Below are positions 1 through 9,797 of a stretch of 64,000 nt of DNA, in pieces; positions within the stretch are counted from its first letter, which is position 1; every line of letters begins with the position of its first letter. The position numbers and the translations under genes were made by a program. Below the pieces are notes generated by a model. It had not been told where the DNA came from, made no database searches, and saw only the letters and a program-made list of their open reading frames with translations. This DNA comes from Vulcanimicrobiales bacterium. GTDB lineage: Bacteria > Vulcanimicrobiota > Vulcanimicrobiia > Vulcanimicrobiales > Vulcanimicrobiaceae. The stretch covers positions 128,001 through 192,000 of the forward strand of contig JBBRLI010000004.1 in NCBI GenBank assembly GCA_038231455.1. The letters run 5' to 3'.

Positions 1-162
1 GCAACGGTGAGTGCGGACTACGACGCCCTCGCGCGCGAGCCGAACGTCCGCGGTCACGTCGTGAACGATTTGCTCGCGCGGGCGCACGACGGAGACGCCG
101 ATGCGGATGCGGCGCTGCGCTACGTCGTCGCGGCGTTTGCGGGCGGCGAGATCGCACCGTGA
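1..162 (+). CDS. C-terminal fragment of a probable DNA repair exonuclease (YhaO/SbcD-like), truncated by the window edge
   Basis: Open frame +1 (..DYDALAREPNVRGHVV..ALRYVVAAFAGGEIAP*) ends in TGA overlapping the GTG of the YhaN-like ATPase. Identity is inferred from this context. Confidence 0.55.
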   Translation, partial: ATVSADYDALAREPNVRGHVVNDLLARAHDGDADADAALRYVVAAFAGGEIAP

Positions 163-2615
163 AACTTACGCAACTCCACGTCGACGGCTTCGGCGGGTTG
201 GTCGATCGCACGATCGACTTTGCGCCCGGCCTCACGATCGTGTACGGCGAGAACGAAGCGGGGAAATCGACGCTCGCACGCGCGATCGTTGCATCGCTCT
301 ACGGCGTTGGCCGCAAAGAAGACCGCGACGCGTGGCGTCCCTGGAGCGGCGCACGCTACGCATCGATTCTGCGCTACGAGTTGGCAAGCGGCGAGGCGAT
401 CGAAGTGCAGCGCGAGTACGATCGCGATCCCAAAGGCGTCCGCGTGTACGACCGCAGCGGCAACGATATCAGCGCGCAGGTGTCGATCGGGAAGACCGTC
501 GCACCGGGCGAGGCAGCACTGCGCATTCCACTCGAAGTGTTTATTAACGCCGCCTGCGTGCAACAGCAACACGTCGCAATTGACGGCACGCGTGCGAAAA
601 GCATTACGACCGCGCTCGCGCATGCGCTCGACGGCGGACCCAAAGACGATGCGGCGCTCGGGGCCTTGGGGCGACTCGACATCGCACTCAAAACCCATGT
701 TGGCACGGAACGGGCAACCAAAAACAATCCGTTACGCGCCGCGACCGAACGCGCCGCGGACCTCGGGCGCCGCGCACAAGAAGCGCGGATACGCGTCGAA
801 GCGCTCGCTGAGCTGCGCGCGCGACACGAAGGCGCACTGGTCGAACACGCGCGCATCGCCCAGTCGCGCGCCGAATTCGACCGCCGCGCCGCCGCGTATC
901 GCGCGCGCGCGATACGAACGCGGTTAGACAATCTCGCCCGAATCCGCGACGAGCTCGCTGCCGTCAACGAAGAGCGCGCACGCTTCGAGGACGTCGCGCG
1001 CTTCGATGCTCCCCGCGTCGGCGAACTCGACGCGGCGTTTTACGCCGTCGGGAGTGCAGCCGAACTCCTCGCGCATGCGGAATCCGAAGATCGCGAACGG
1101 CGCATGCGCTCCGAAGAACATCACGAACTTAGCGCCCGGCGGGCCGATGTGGGAACGATCGACGACGTTGCCTTTGAGTCGCTCGTTTCGGCCGCAGCCG
1201 AAGCCGATGGCGCGCGCGCGCGCAGCGCTGCCGCACAAACCAATGCCGCAAACGCACGACGCGACTCGGGAAGCGGTGCGACCGTCCTCGGTGCCGGCGT
1301 TGCTGCCGGACTCGCGGCGCTTGCCGTTGCGGTCGGCTTCGCCATCGCGCACGACTGGATCGTCGCCGGGATCGCGGCGATCGTCGCCGGGGCGATTCTC
1401 CTCGTCGTCGGATTGCGCGCGAACGGGCGCGCGCAGCGCGGGCGCGATGCGGCGCGCCTCCAGCAGACCGCTGATGCCGCCCTTGCCGCCGAACAAGCGG
1501 CTGCATCCGCCGTCGCAGCGGTGCTCGAACCACTCGGACTTGCCTCGATCGACGATCTCACGCGACGACGCGACCGCTTACGAGAGCTCGAAGCGCTCGC
1601 GCGGTCGGAAGGACGCGCAAGCGAGCAGTTCGCCTCGATGCGCACGCGACACGCAGACGCAGCGCGCGCCTTCGACACGCTTGCCGGGACACTCTTGCCC
1701 GATGCCGGCGGCACGCGCGAACAGATTCGCGATGAGGCGAAACGGCGCGCATCGCGGCGCTACGAACGCGACGGGCTCGACGCCGCGCGCGGGATGATCG
1801 AACTCCGTCGCGGCGAGGTGCTCGGCGGCGAAGATGAATTCGCGCTCGAACGGGAGCTCGCGGAGCTGGCCGCCGAGGGCGTCGAAGCGGCACCGGAAGA
1901 ACCGGACTTCTCGCAGCGGCTCTTCGATCATGAGCGCGCAGAAATCGAGTCGCGATTCCGTGCGGCGGAGATCACCTTGGCGACGCTCGTCGCTGACCGC
2001 CGGAATGCCGAAGAACACGCAACCGATCTCGCAACGCTCGATGAAGCCTGCGCACTCGCGCGCTCCGACATAACGAAGCTCGAGACGTTCGCGCGCGCGA
2101 TCGCGCTCGCACGCACGACGCTCGAGACACGCACGCGCGAGGCGCACGAAAAATTTGCGCGGCGGCTCGAAGATTATGCCGCCGAACAATTTACGACGAT
2201 CACCGGCGGTCGCTACACGGATCTCTTCGTCGATCCGACAACCCTCGAGGTGCGGGTGCGCGTTCCCGAAACGCGGGCGATCGTCGAGCTCGAAGCGCTC
2301 TCCGCCGGGACGCGCGAGCAAGCGTACCTCGTCGTGCGCTTCGCCATGGCGCGCATGTTTAGCGAGGGTCTCGAGACACCGCCGCTCTTACTCGACGATC
2401 CGTTCGCATTTTGGGATACGGCACGCATCGAACGTTGCTTGCCGATTCTCATCGGCGGAGCGCAGACGATGCAGGCGATCGTCTTTACCGCAAGCGCGCA
2501 GCTGGCCGAGGCCGCTCGCGCCGCAGGCGCGGCGGTCGAAACCTTAGACCGGGACGCCGTCGGGGATTTTGTCGACGCGCTCGATCGCGATGAGAATCTG
2601 CTCTTTCCCCGCTAG
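159..2615 (+). CDS. YhaN/SbcC-like SMC-type ATPase with central transmembrane hairpin
   Basis: Walker A GENEAGKST, long coiled coil, central hydrophobic hairpin, signature LSAGTREQ, Walker B LLLDDPF. Confidence 0.85.
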   Translation: MKLTQLHVDGFGGLVDRTIDFAPGLTIVYGENEAGKSTLARAIVASLYGVGRKEDRDAWRPWSGARYASILRYELASGEAIEVQREYDRDPKGVRVYDRSGNDISAQVSIGKTVAPGEAALRIPLEVFINAACVQQQHVAIDGTRAKSITTALAHALDGGPKDDAALGALGRLDIALKTHVGTERATKNNPLRAATERAADLGRRAQEARIRVEALAELRARHEGALVEHARIAQSRAEFDRRAAAYRARAIRTRLDNLARIRDELAAVNEERARFEDVARFDAPRVGELDAAFYAVGSAAELLAHAESEDRERRMRSEEHHELSARRADVGTIDDVAFESLVSAAAEADGARARSAAAQTNAANARRDSGSGATVLGAGVAAGLAALAVAVGFAIAHDWIVAGIAAIVAGAILLVVGLRANGRAQRGRDAARLQQTADAALAAEQAAASAVAAVLEPLGLASIDDLTRRRDRLRELEALARSEGRASEQFASMRTRHADAARAFDTLAGTLLPDAGGTREQIRDEAKRRASRRYERDGLDAARGMIELRRGEVLGGEDEFALERELAELAAEGVEAAPEEPDFSQRLFDHERAEIESRFRAAEITLATLVADRRNAEEHATDLATLDEACALARSDITKLETFARAIALARTTLETRTREAHEKFARRLEDYAAEQFTTITGGRYTDLFVDPTTLEVRVRVPETRAIVELEALSAGTREQAYLVVRFAMARMFSEGLETPPLLLDDPFAFWDTARIERCLPILIGGAQTMQAIVFTASAQLAEAARAAGAAVETLDRDAVGDFVDALDRDENLLFPR

Positions 2616-2936
2616 TTTGAGAAACGTGATCGTCACGTCGACCGAACCGTGTGCGAAGGGAAAGAAGTAGTCGAACGATTCGCTGACGCGGTCTTTTGAC
2701 TTGATGAACTCGTACATCCGGCCTTCGAATGCTTTGACCGCGGTACACGGCGCGATATCGTGGAAGAAGTTGCGCCCGATGACGGCTTGGGCATCTTTGT
2801 GCGCCATGCGTGCTTCGTATTGATTATACGCAACGATGTTGCCGACATAATCGACGACGACCGCGCCGAACGGCAACTCGTCGAGTCCGTCAAACGAGAT
2901 ATCGACGATGCGCCAGAGGCGTTCGCTATCGGGCAC
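2544..2936 (-). CDS. pyp: Photoactive yellow protein-like PAS protein
   Basis: LDELPFG..YNQYE..IGRNFFHDIAPCT matches PYP (YNAAE, IGKNFFKDVAPCT), including the chromophore Cys. Confidence 0.8.
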   Translation of the reverse strand: MPDSERLWRIVDISFDGLDELPFGAVVVDYVGNIVAYNQYEARMAHKDAQAVIGRNFFHDIAPCTAVKAFEGRMYEFIKSKDRVSESFDYFFPFAHGSVDVTITFLKLAGKEQILIAIERVDKIPDGVPV

Positions 2937-2938
2937 TG

Positions 2939-3481
2939 CTACTTACGCTCCAGCTTGCGCACGGCAGCGAGCGTATTCTCAACGTGTTTGTCGGGGTCCA
3001 GATCCGAGTACACGTAGGCGATTTTGCCGTCTTGCGCGATTACATACGACGTCCGGTTGGCAAACGTATTGGCAACGATCGAATCGTACGAATGCGCGAC
3101 GATCAGCTTCTCGTCGGCTGCGACCGGAAACTTCGAGCCGCATTCGCTCACCGAGAATTTGTTGAGCGTTGCGATGTCGTCACCCGAGACGCCGATGACC
3201 GTTGCGTTCATCTTCTTATACTCGTTCATGCTCGAGGCAAAGTCGTGCGCTTCTTTGGTGCAGCCCGACGTGAACGCCTTGGGATAGAAGTACACCACGA
3301 CCGGCCCTTTTTTAAGCGCGGTTGCAAGGTCGAACGTGAACGGCTTGCCGCCCAGAGTCGCCGGCAAAATAAACGTCGGCGCGGATTCGCCGACTTTCAT
3401 GCTTGCCGAGGCAACGGCGGTGGTGAACGCGACAGCACCCGCAAGGGCGAGCCAACCGGTAAGGACCGAACGTCGTTTCAA
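2939..3481 (-). CDS. bcp: Peroxiredoxin (BCP/PrxQ family) with signal peptide
   Basis: YFYPKAFTSGCTKEA peroxidatic motif; N-terminal KRRSVL followed by a hydrophobic stretch. Confidence 0.88.
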   Translation of the reverse strand: MKRRSVLTGWLALAGAVAFTTAVASASMKVGESAPTFILPATLGGKPFTFDLATALKKGPVVVYFYPKAFTSGCTKEAHDFASSMNEYKKMNATVIGVSGDDIATLNKFSVSECGSKFPVAADEKLIVAHSYDSIVANTFANRTSYVIAQDGKIAYVYSDLDPDKHVENTLAAVRKLERK

Positions 3482-3483
3482 AG

Positions 3484-4632
3484 CTACAACCCCATCATGC
3501 GAGCGATTACAAGGCGTTGGACTTCGTTTGTCCCCTCGCCGATCTCATTAATTTTCTGATCGCGGTACATCCGCGACACCGGATATTCATCCATGAAGCC
3601 GTAGCCGCCGTGGATTTGGACGGCCTCGTTGACGACCCGGCGCGAGACTTCACCCGAGTAGAGCTTAGCAAGCGAGGCCGTCATCCCAAAGTCGCGATCG
3701 TTGTCTTTCTCCCACGCGGCCTTGAGGATCATCGTCTTTGCGTGCTCGATCTCCATCTTCATGTCGGCGAGCTTGAACTGAATCGCCTGGAACTTGGAGA
3801 TCGGCTGCCCGAACTGGTGGCGCTCTTGCGCGTATTTAAACGCCTCATCGAACGCCCCCATCGCAAGGCCTACCGAGAGCGCCGCGACCGAGATGCGACC
3901 GCCGTCGAGGATTTTTAGGAATTGCTTGAGCCCTTGGCCGCGCTCGCCCAAGAGCATTTCCTCGGGGACCGTGGCATCGTTGAACGAGAGCTCGCGGGTA
4001 TCCGACGCCTTCCAGCCCATCTTGTTGTATTTCTTGGAGCGGGTGAAGCCGGGCGTCTCCTGGGGGACGATGATGTTCGAGATCTCGCTGCGGCCTTTGG
4101 CCGTGGTCCCGGTGACGGCGGTAATCGTGGTGCCGCCGGTCACATCGGTGCCGGAGTTGGTAATGAAGGCCTTGGTGCCGTTGATGACCCACTGGCCGCC
4201 TTTGAGCTCAGCTTTCGTGGCCGTGCCGCCCGCATCGCTGCCGGCGCCGGGCTCCGTGAGACCGAAACCCCAGAGCTTCTCTCCTTTGGCAAGCGGGACG
4301 AGGTACTTCTGTTTTTGCGCTTCGGTGCCGAAGTAATAGAACGGCGTCGCGCCAAGCGAGACGTTTGCGGCAAGCGTGATCCCAACCGAGGCGTCGGCCC
4401 GGGAAATCTCCATCACCGCAAGCGCATAACTCACGGTATCGGCACCCGCTCCACCGTACTCTTCGGGGAACGGTAAACCAAAGAGTCCGAGTCCCGCCAT
4501 TTTCTTGACCAGATCGTAGGGGAACTCGGCATGCCGATCGAGATGTTCGGCTTGCGGCGCGACTTCGTTTTGCGCGAAGTCTCGGCAGAGGTCTTGAATT
4601 GCTTTTTGTTCGTCGGAGAGATCGAAATTCAT
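3484..4632 (-). CDS. Acyl-CoA dehydrogenase
   Basis: FGLTEPGAGSDA, NGTKAFITN, QIHGGYG and IGEGTNEVQR motifs. Confidence 0.95.
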   Translation of the reverse strand: MNFDLSDEQKAIQDLCRDFAQNEVAPQAEHLDRHAEFPYDLVKKMAGLGLFGLPFPEEYGGAGADTVSYALAVMEISRADASVGITLAANVSLGATPFYYFGTEAQKQKYLVPLAKGEKLWGFGLTEPGAGSDAGGTATKAELKGGQWVINGTKAFITNSGTDVTGGTTITAVTGTTAKGRSEISNIIVPQETPGFTRSKKYNKMGWKASDTRELSFNDATVPEEMLLGERGQGLKQFLKILDGGRISVAALSVGLAMGAFDEAFKYAQERHQFGQPISKFQAIQFKLADMKMEIEHAKTMILKAAWEKDNDRDFGMTASLAKLYSGEVSRRVVNEAVQIHGGYGFMDEYPVSRMYRDQKINEIGEGTNEVQRLVIARMMGL

Positions 4633-4732
4633 CAAAGGTATCCCTAAGTGGCGACCGGAAAAATCCCTCTAATAATCCCACGGCACAAGCCGTGTGGATG
4701 CATCCTCCGCCGGATGCATCTGTGAGGACCAT

Positions 4733-5443
4733 GTGATCGCACTTCGCGGCGTTTCGCTCACGTATCCCAACGGCGTCCGGGCACTCGAAGATGTCGACTT
4801 AGAAGTTGCGAAGGGAGCCTTCGTCTTTCTAGTCGGCCACTCCGGTACGGGCAAGTCGTCGCTCCTGAAACTGCTCTACAAAGAAATCGTTCCGACGCGC
4901 GGTCAGGTGCACGTCGACAACATTCGCGTGGACACGCTCAAGCGGCGCAAGATTCCGTATCTCCGTCGGAACGTGGGCGTCGTCTTTCAAGACTTCAAGC
5001 TGCTCTCACACAAAACGGTGTGGGAGAACGTTGCCTTCGCCCTCCAGGTCACAGGTGCAGCGACCAAAGACGTCATGCGTCAGGTGCCGCGTGCGCTCGA
5101 CCTCGTCGGCCTCTCGCACAAAGCGCGGATGTTCCCGGGTGAACTCTCGGGCGGGGAGCAGCAACGTGCCGCGATCGCCCGGGCGCTGGTGAACAATCCC
5201 AAGATCTTGCTCTGTGATGAACCGACCGGCAACCTCGATCCGGTCAACACCACCGAGATCATGGAACTGCTGATGCGCATCAACCTCAAAGGAACGACGG
5301 TGCTCGTCGCCACTCATAACCAAGCGGTCGTCGACCGCATGCGCCGTCGCGTCGTGCGTCTGGAAGACGGGCGCATTCTCAGCGATGAAGAGCGAGGATT
5401 TTACGTACGTGGACTGGGGCAAAGTCAAGTTCTTTCTGGGTGA
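4733..5443 (+). CDS. ftsE: Cell division ABC ATPase FtsE
   Basis: GHSGTGKS, GVVFQDFKLL, LSGGEQQR, DEPTGNLD; lies upstream of ftsX; GTG start after GAGGA. Confidence 0.95.
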   Translation: MIALRGVSLTYPNGVRALEDVDLEVAKGAFVFLVGHSGTGKSSLLKLLYKEIVPTRGQVHVDNIRVDTLKRRKIPYLRRNVGVVFQDFKLLSHKTVWENVAFALQVTGAATKDVMRQVPRALDLVGLSHKARMFPGELSGGEQQRAAIARALVNNPKILLCDEPTGNLDPVNTTEIMELLMRINLKGTTVLVATHNQAVVDRMRRRVVRLEDGRILSDEERGFYVRGLGQSQVLSG

Positions 5444-6281
5444 GGTTTTTGCGAACTTCAGCCGCAACGCCGGGATGCAGCTTACGGCGATTGGAACCGT
5501 CTGCGTCACGATCGTGATGCTCGGCGCGTTTCTCTACACGCGCGAGACGGTTGCCTCGCTCGGCAACGGCATCCTCAACAAAATCGAGATCGCCGTCTAT
5601 CTCGATGATTCAGTCAGCGATACGGACGCCAAAAAACTCGGCGATCAATTCGCGAGCGACCCGCGCGTGTCGTCCGCGCAGTACGTCCCCAAGAAAGAAG
5701 GCTTGCGCCGGATGCACGACGTGCTCGGTCGTGACTTCGATCTCTCGCTGCTCACGGCGAACCCGTTCCCCAACGCCTATCACGTGCGGGTCAAGAACCC
5801 CGATCTCGTGCCGCAAGTCGCCGCACACATCGCAAAGATTCACGGCGTCGCGAAAGCCGACTACGCGGCCGACACCGTCACGAAGCTACTCAAAGTGAGC
5901 GATACGCTCGGACGCGTCGGACTCGTCATGATCGGGCTGCTCGTGCTCACGGCCGCGATCATCATCGCCAATACGATTCGCCTGACGGTCTTCGCGCGCC
6001 GGCGCGAGATTGCAATCATGCAGCTCGTCGGCGCCACCAACGGCTACATTCGCGGCCCGTTCATCATGGAGGGCATGGTCGCGGGACTCACCGGTGCGCT
6101 CGCCGCGATCGGCGTGCTTTTCCTCGCACGCTGGCAAGTGCTGCCGAAACTGACTTCAGCCCTAGCATTCGTACCCTTTCACGCAAACGAACCGCTCATC
6201 GCAGGCGAACTGCTCGGGGTCGGCGCGGCGGTCGGCTTCATCGCTGCGTGGATCTCTGTCGGACGCTACCTTCGCACGTGA
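5409..6281 (+). CDS. ftsX: Cell division permease FtsX
   Basis: NPFPNAY and NTIRLTVFARRREIAIMQLVGATNGYIRGPF motifs; FtsX-like hydrophobic segments. Confidence 0.95.
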   Translation: MDWGKVKFFLGEVFANFSRNAGMQLTAIGTVCVTIVMLGAFLYTRETVASLGNGILNKIEIAVYLDDSVSDTDAKKLGDQFASDPRVSSAQYVPKKEGLRRMHDVLGRDFDLSLLTANPFPNAYHVRVKNPDLVPQVAAHIAKIHGVAKADYAADTVTKLLKVSDTLGRVGLVMIGLLVLTAAIIIANTIRLTVFARRREIAIMQLVGATNGYIRGPFIMEGMVAGLTGALAAIGVLFLARWQVLPKLTSALAFVPFHANEPLIAGELLGVGAAVGFIAAWISVGRYLRT

Positions 6282-7213
6282 ACGACGAGCCGCGAAACTC
6301 GATTTTGGTGGTCGATGACGATCGCAATCTGCGCTCGATCATCGCAAGCAATCTCGAGCTTGCCGGCTATTCGGCGCGCGAAGCCGCCGACGGCAGCGCG
6401 GCGCTCGCCTACATGGACGCCGAGGTCCCGGATCTCGTGCTGCTCGACGTGATGCTCCCGGTCATGGATGGCTATGAAGTCTGCCGGCGCATCCGCAAAC
6501 ACCCGACCTGCGCGCACATCCCGATCATCATGCTCACCGCGCGCGGCGAGACGGAGGATGCGGTGATGGGTTTCGAAGCGGGTGCCGATGACTACATTGT
6601 CAAGCCGTTCTCACCGCAAGAGATGCTCGCGCGCGTACGCGCGAAGATCCGGCGCGTGAACGTCGATAGCTCGCTGCAGCCGCTCACGCGCCTGCCCGGC
6701 AACGTTGCAATCGAAGCGGACGTGCAGCGCCGCTTCCGCGATCGCATCCCGTGGGCCGTCCTGTATCTCGATCTCGACAATTTCAAAGCGTTCAACGACG
6801 TCTACGGATTCGTACGCGGCGACGATGCGATCCGCTTGCTCGCAACGACGCTCTCCAATGCCGTGCGTCACTTAGGTGCGGAGGGCGACTTCGTCGGGCA
6901 CATCGGCGGCGATGATTTCATCGCCGTGACCAGCCCGACGCATGCTGAAAAAATCGCACAGGAAGTCATCGTGAATTTCGATCGCGACGTCAAAGAGTTG
7001 TACGCCTTCGAGGATTTACGGCGCGGCTACATCGAGACGCGCGACCGCCGCAACGTCTCGATGCGATACCCGATCATGTCTGTCTCGATCGCGATCGTAG
7101 CCGGCGGCGCCATCGACACCTACCAGCAGATCGGCGAAGTCGCCGCGGAGTTGAAGAAGCTTGCCAAACGCCAACCGGGATCGGTCTTCGTGACCGACAA
7201 ACGCCGCTCGTGA
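6278..7213 (+). CDS. Response regulator, receiver + GGDEF-type domain (GGDDF)
   Basis: REC motifs (LVVDD, LLDVMLP, KPFS) followed by DLDNFKAFNDVYG and GHIGGDDF; GTGA overlap with the ftsX stop. Confidence 0.9.
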   Translation: MNDEPRNSILVVDDDRNLRSIIASNLELAGYSAREAADGSAALAYMDAEVPDLVLLDVMLPVMDGYEVCRRIRKHPTCAHIPIIMLTARGETEDAVMGFEAGADDYIVKPFSPQEMLARVRAKIRRVNVDSSLQPLTRLPGNVAIEADVQRRFRDRIPWAVLYLDLDNFKAFNDVYGFVRGDDAIRLLATTLSNAVRHLGAEGDFVGHIGGDDFIAVTSPTHAEKIAQEVIVNFDRDVKELYAFEDLRRGYIETRDRRNVSMRYPIMSVSIAIVAGGAIDTYQQIGEVAAELKKLAKRQPGSVFVTDKRRS

Positions 7214-8418
7214 TGCGCCGAACCATCGCAGCCGTCCTGACGCTCGCCGCGCTTGCCGGGCCGCTCTCGCCGGTGGCACGGGCCTCGGTCGACGAAAAGA
7301 TCAAGGCTCAGCAACGCAAGATTCACGATCTCCACGAACGTCTCAATGAAAAACGGGGCGAACTGGCGGGCGCCAAACGCAAAGTCCAGACACTCGCCGA
7401 ATACGTCGAGCAGACCAATCATTCGATCGCAATCGTCTCCGGCAACCTTTCCGTTTTGCGCTCGCAACAGCACACAAACGAAAAGAATCTCTCCTGGAAT
7501 AAAGTGCAACTCGGCGCGGCGCAAGCAACGCTCTCGCGTCATAGCGAAGCGCTCAAGCGGCGGTTGGTCGATGCCTACGAGCACGGCGACCTCGGCTATC
7601 TCGAAGTGATGCTCGAAGCAAAGTCGTTCGGCGATTTTGTCGAGCGATGGAACGCGATTCGCTACGTGATCAAATCCACCCAATCGACGATCCGGCAGCG
7701 CAAATCCGACGAGCACAAAGTGCGCCTGGTGCGCTCGAATCTCATGGTCGCCGAGCAACAGCTCGCGCGTTCTCAAGCCGCCGCCGAACAAGAACAGCGC
7801 GCGCTCGACGTACTCGCCGAGCAGCGGCGCGGACTGCTTGCGAGTGCCGAGACGCAAAAAGGCCAGATCGCAAAAGAAGTCGCCGACCTCGACGAAGTGA
7901 GCGCTGCACAGTCCGCGGCGCTCGGCGAACTCATCCGTCAGAAGCAAGCCGAGGAAGCGGCAAAGCGCGAAGCCGCGCGCCGCGCTGCACAGCTTGCGGG
8001 TCAAACGGTCGCGCCGATTGAGAACGCGCCCGGGATTCTCTCTTGGCCCGTCTCCGGCACCATCACCTCACCGTTCGGCATCCGCAATCATCCGGTGCTC
8101 GGCGTCATCCGGCCGCACGAAGGCATCGATATCGGCGCCAACACGGGCACGACGATCGCAGCGCCTGCCGGCGGGAAAGTCATTATCGCCGGCTGGTCGG
8201 ATGGCGGCTACGGCAACATGGTAACGATCGATCACGGCGGCGGCATGTCCACCGTCTACGGACATCTCAGTCAGATTTTCGTTTCGACAGACCAGAGCGT
8301 GCAAAAAGGCCAAGCGATCGGAGCGGTTGGTATGACGGGCCTTGCGAACGGTCCGCATCTCCACTTTGAAGTGCGTATCAACGGCAATCCAGTCGACCCG
8401 ATGGGCTACTTGCGCTAA
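7213..8418 (+). CDS. EnvC/CwlO-like coiled-coil M23 peptidase
   Basis: Signal peptide, long coiled coil, C-terminal M23 domain with intact HEGID and PHLHFE. Confidence 0.9.
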   Translation: MRRTIAAVLTLAALAGPLSPVARASVDEKIKAQQRKIHDLHERLNEKRGELAGAKRKVQTLAEYVEQTNHSIAIVSGNLSVLRSQQHTNEKNLSWNKVQLGAAQATLSRHSEALKRRLVDAYEHGDLGYLEVMLEAKSFGDFVERWNAIRYVIKSTQSTIRQRKSDEHKVRLVRSNLMVAEQQLARSQAAAEQEQRALDVLAEQRRGLLASAETQKGQIAKEVADLDEVSAAQSAALGELIRQKQAEEAAKREAARRAAQLAGQTVAPIENAPGILSWPVSGTITSPFGIRNHPVLGVIRPHEGIDIGANTGTTIAAPAGGKVIIAGWSDGGYGNMVTIDHGGGMSTVYGHLSQIFVSTDQSVQKGQAIGAVGMTGLANGPHLHFEVRINGNPVDPMGYLR

Positions 8419-8431
8419 GCCCCCGCTGAAG

Positions 8432-8464
8432 AAAAAAGAAGCCGCCGCGGATGCGACGGCTTCT
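8432..8464 (-). terminator. Intrinsic terminator for the minus-strand gene at 8476-9453 (possibly bidirectional)
   Basis: Hairpin AGAAGCCGCCGC-GGAT-GCGACGGCTTCT with an A6 run on its left, i.e. a U-tract on the minus strand. Confidence 0.7.
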
Positions 8465-8475
8465 CATCACTCGAG

Positions 8476-9453
8476 TTATTTCGAGAACTTACATCCGTGT
8501 GAGTAATTCGAATACTCGGATTGAATGTAGTAGCTCGTCCCGTTGAGTGAGACATTCCCGCGCGCTGATGCGCAGATGTCGCCGATCTCTCCGAGCGAGT
8601 TATTGTACCAAGCCACGTTTTGTGGAACATCCGGATCGGTAATCGCTTCGAACATTTCGTGCGAGAGTGTCGAGGCTGTCGAGTTCACGACGGTACTTGC
8701 CTGACAACCGTTGATTCCTTGATAGGGCTCGACGGAATAAATCACGTGGCCGATATCGCTAAAGTCCGTGTTACCGTGGTAGGCACAATATTGCTGCGCG
8801 TAACATCCGCCGGCATTTTGACTGCACTGCGAGACGCCTGCCTGGAGAAACACGTGATACATCTTGCCGTAACCGGTGCCGTATGACGCGGCGGCGGTGT
8901 GAATGAGATTGTAGATATCTTGATCTTGCAGCGTGCCGGACGTATCGTAATTCTCCGTGACGCTGCCATAGAACGGATAGCGGCTATTCGCGCTCGATCC
9001 GATGTACTGGTCGATAACATGCACGAAATTGCTGGCCGCTAAATTGCGCTCGAACACGGCAGGCGAGGTTCCGCCCCAGCAGCTATTGCCACAGTTGACG
9101 TAGATATTGATGTTCTGCGAACTCGTGAGCGTCGGACCACCGTAGAATGCAAGATCGTTCGGCGAAGTCGACTGAACGGATCGCAGCCCGAGGCCTTGCG
9201 GACGGCGTCCTTCGATCGGCGAGGCGTAGGCACTGGCCTGGGTAACGTGGGCCGAGGCGCTGCGGTCGACGGTCAACGTATCGATCGCGGTTTCGTCGGC
9301 GGAGAGCGGACGCACGGATGGCGCAACCGACGCGGCCACAGACGACTGCGCGGGCGCTACGGATGAACCGCCGCCCGCACACCCGACGGTCGCGAGCAGC
9401 CCGGCGGCACCCAAAGAAAACAGAACGGCTGAGAGCCGTTTGGAACTTGTCAT
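8476..9453 (-). CDS. Secreted lipoprotein, PHI-1/EXORDIUM-like
   Basis: Lipobox-like LATVGC; CAYH, SHEMFEAITDP and EIGDIC resemble the PHI-1/EXO family. Confidence 0.6.
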   Translation of the reverse strand: MTSSKRLSAVLFSLGAAGLLATVGCAGGGSSVAPAQSSVAASVAPSVRPLSADETAIDTLTVDRSASAHVTQASAYASPIEGRRPQGLGLRSVQSTSPNDLAFYGGPTLTSSQNINIYVNCGNSCWGGTSPAVFERNLAASNFVHVIDQYIGSSANSRYPFYGSVTENYDTSGTLQDQDIYNLIHTAAASYGTGYGKMYHVFLQAGVSQCSQNAGGCYAQQYCAYHGNTDFSDIGHVIYSVEPYQGINGCQASTVVNSTASTLSHEMFEAITDPDVPQNVAWYNNSLGEIGDICASARGNVSLNGTSYYIQSEYSNYSHGCKFSK

Positions 9454-9797
9454 AAACACCCAATTACCCTTGTAAGAGATACGGAGCCGGGCTGGTCACA
9501 CCCGGTGCGGCAATTAATCTCCGCTTAATCTCGGGGTTCCTGCAGAAAAGTTCCCGTCGGATTGTCGGGTGTGATCGTGCGTCGGGCAAGGGACGAGTCG
9601 GTCACTTGCTCAGCAAATCCCCGGCGGCTTCTAATGTATGTCCAAAAACAATCCCGATCCGCTGGGCGTATCGTTGATACTGTACCAGCCGAGTTGGGAA
9701 CATTGGCGCTATCGCCACCAACGGACCCCGAGGTTGGGTTCATGGCAAAACAGAACGTCGCTGACCCCCGCTCGGCGGGATTCGCGCACACCCCGGA

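Noticed and set aside
9514-9528. TTAA-N7-TTAA CtrA box
   Set aside because: CtrA is alphaproteobacterial and the gene content here is not; kept only as a generic direct repeat.
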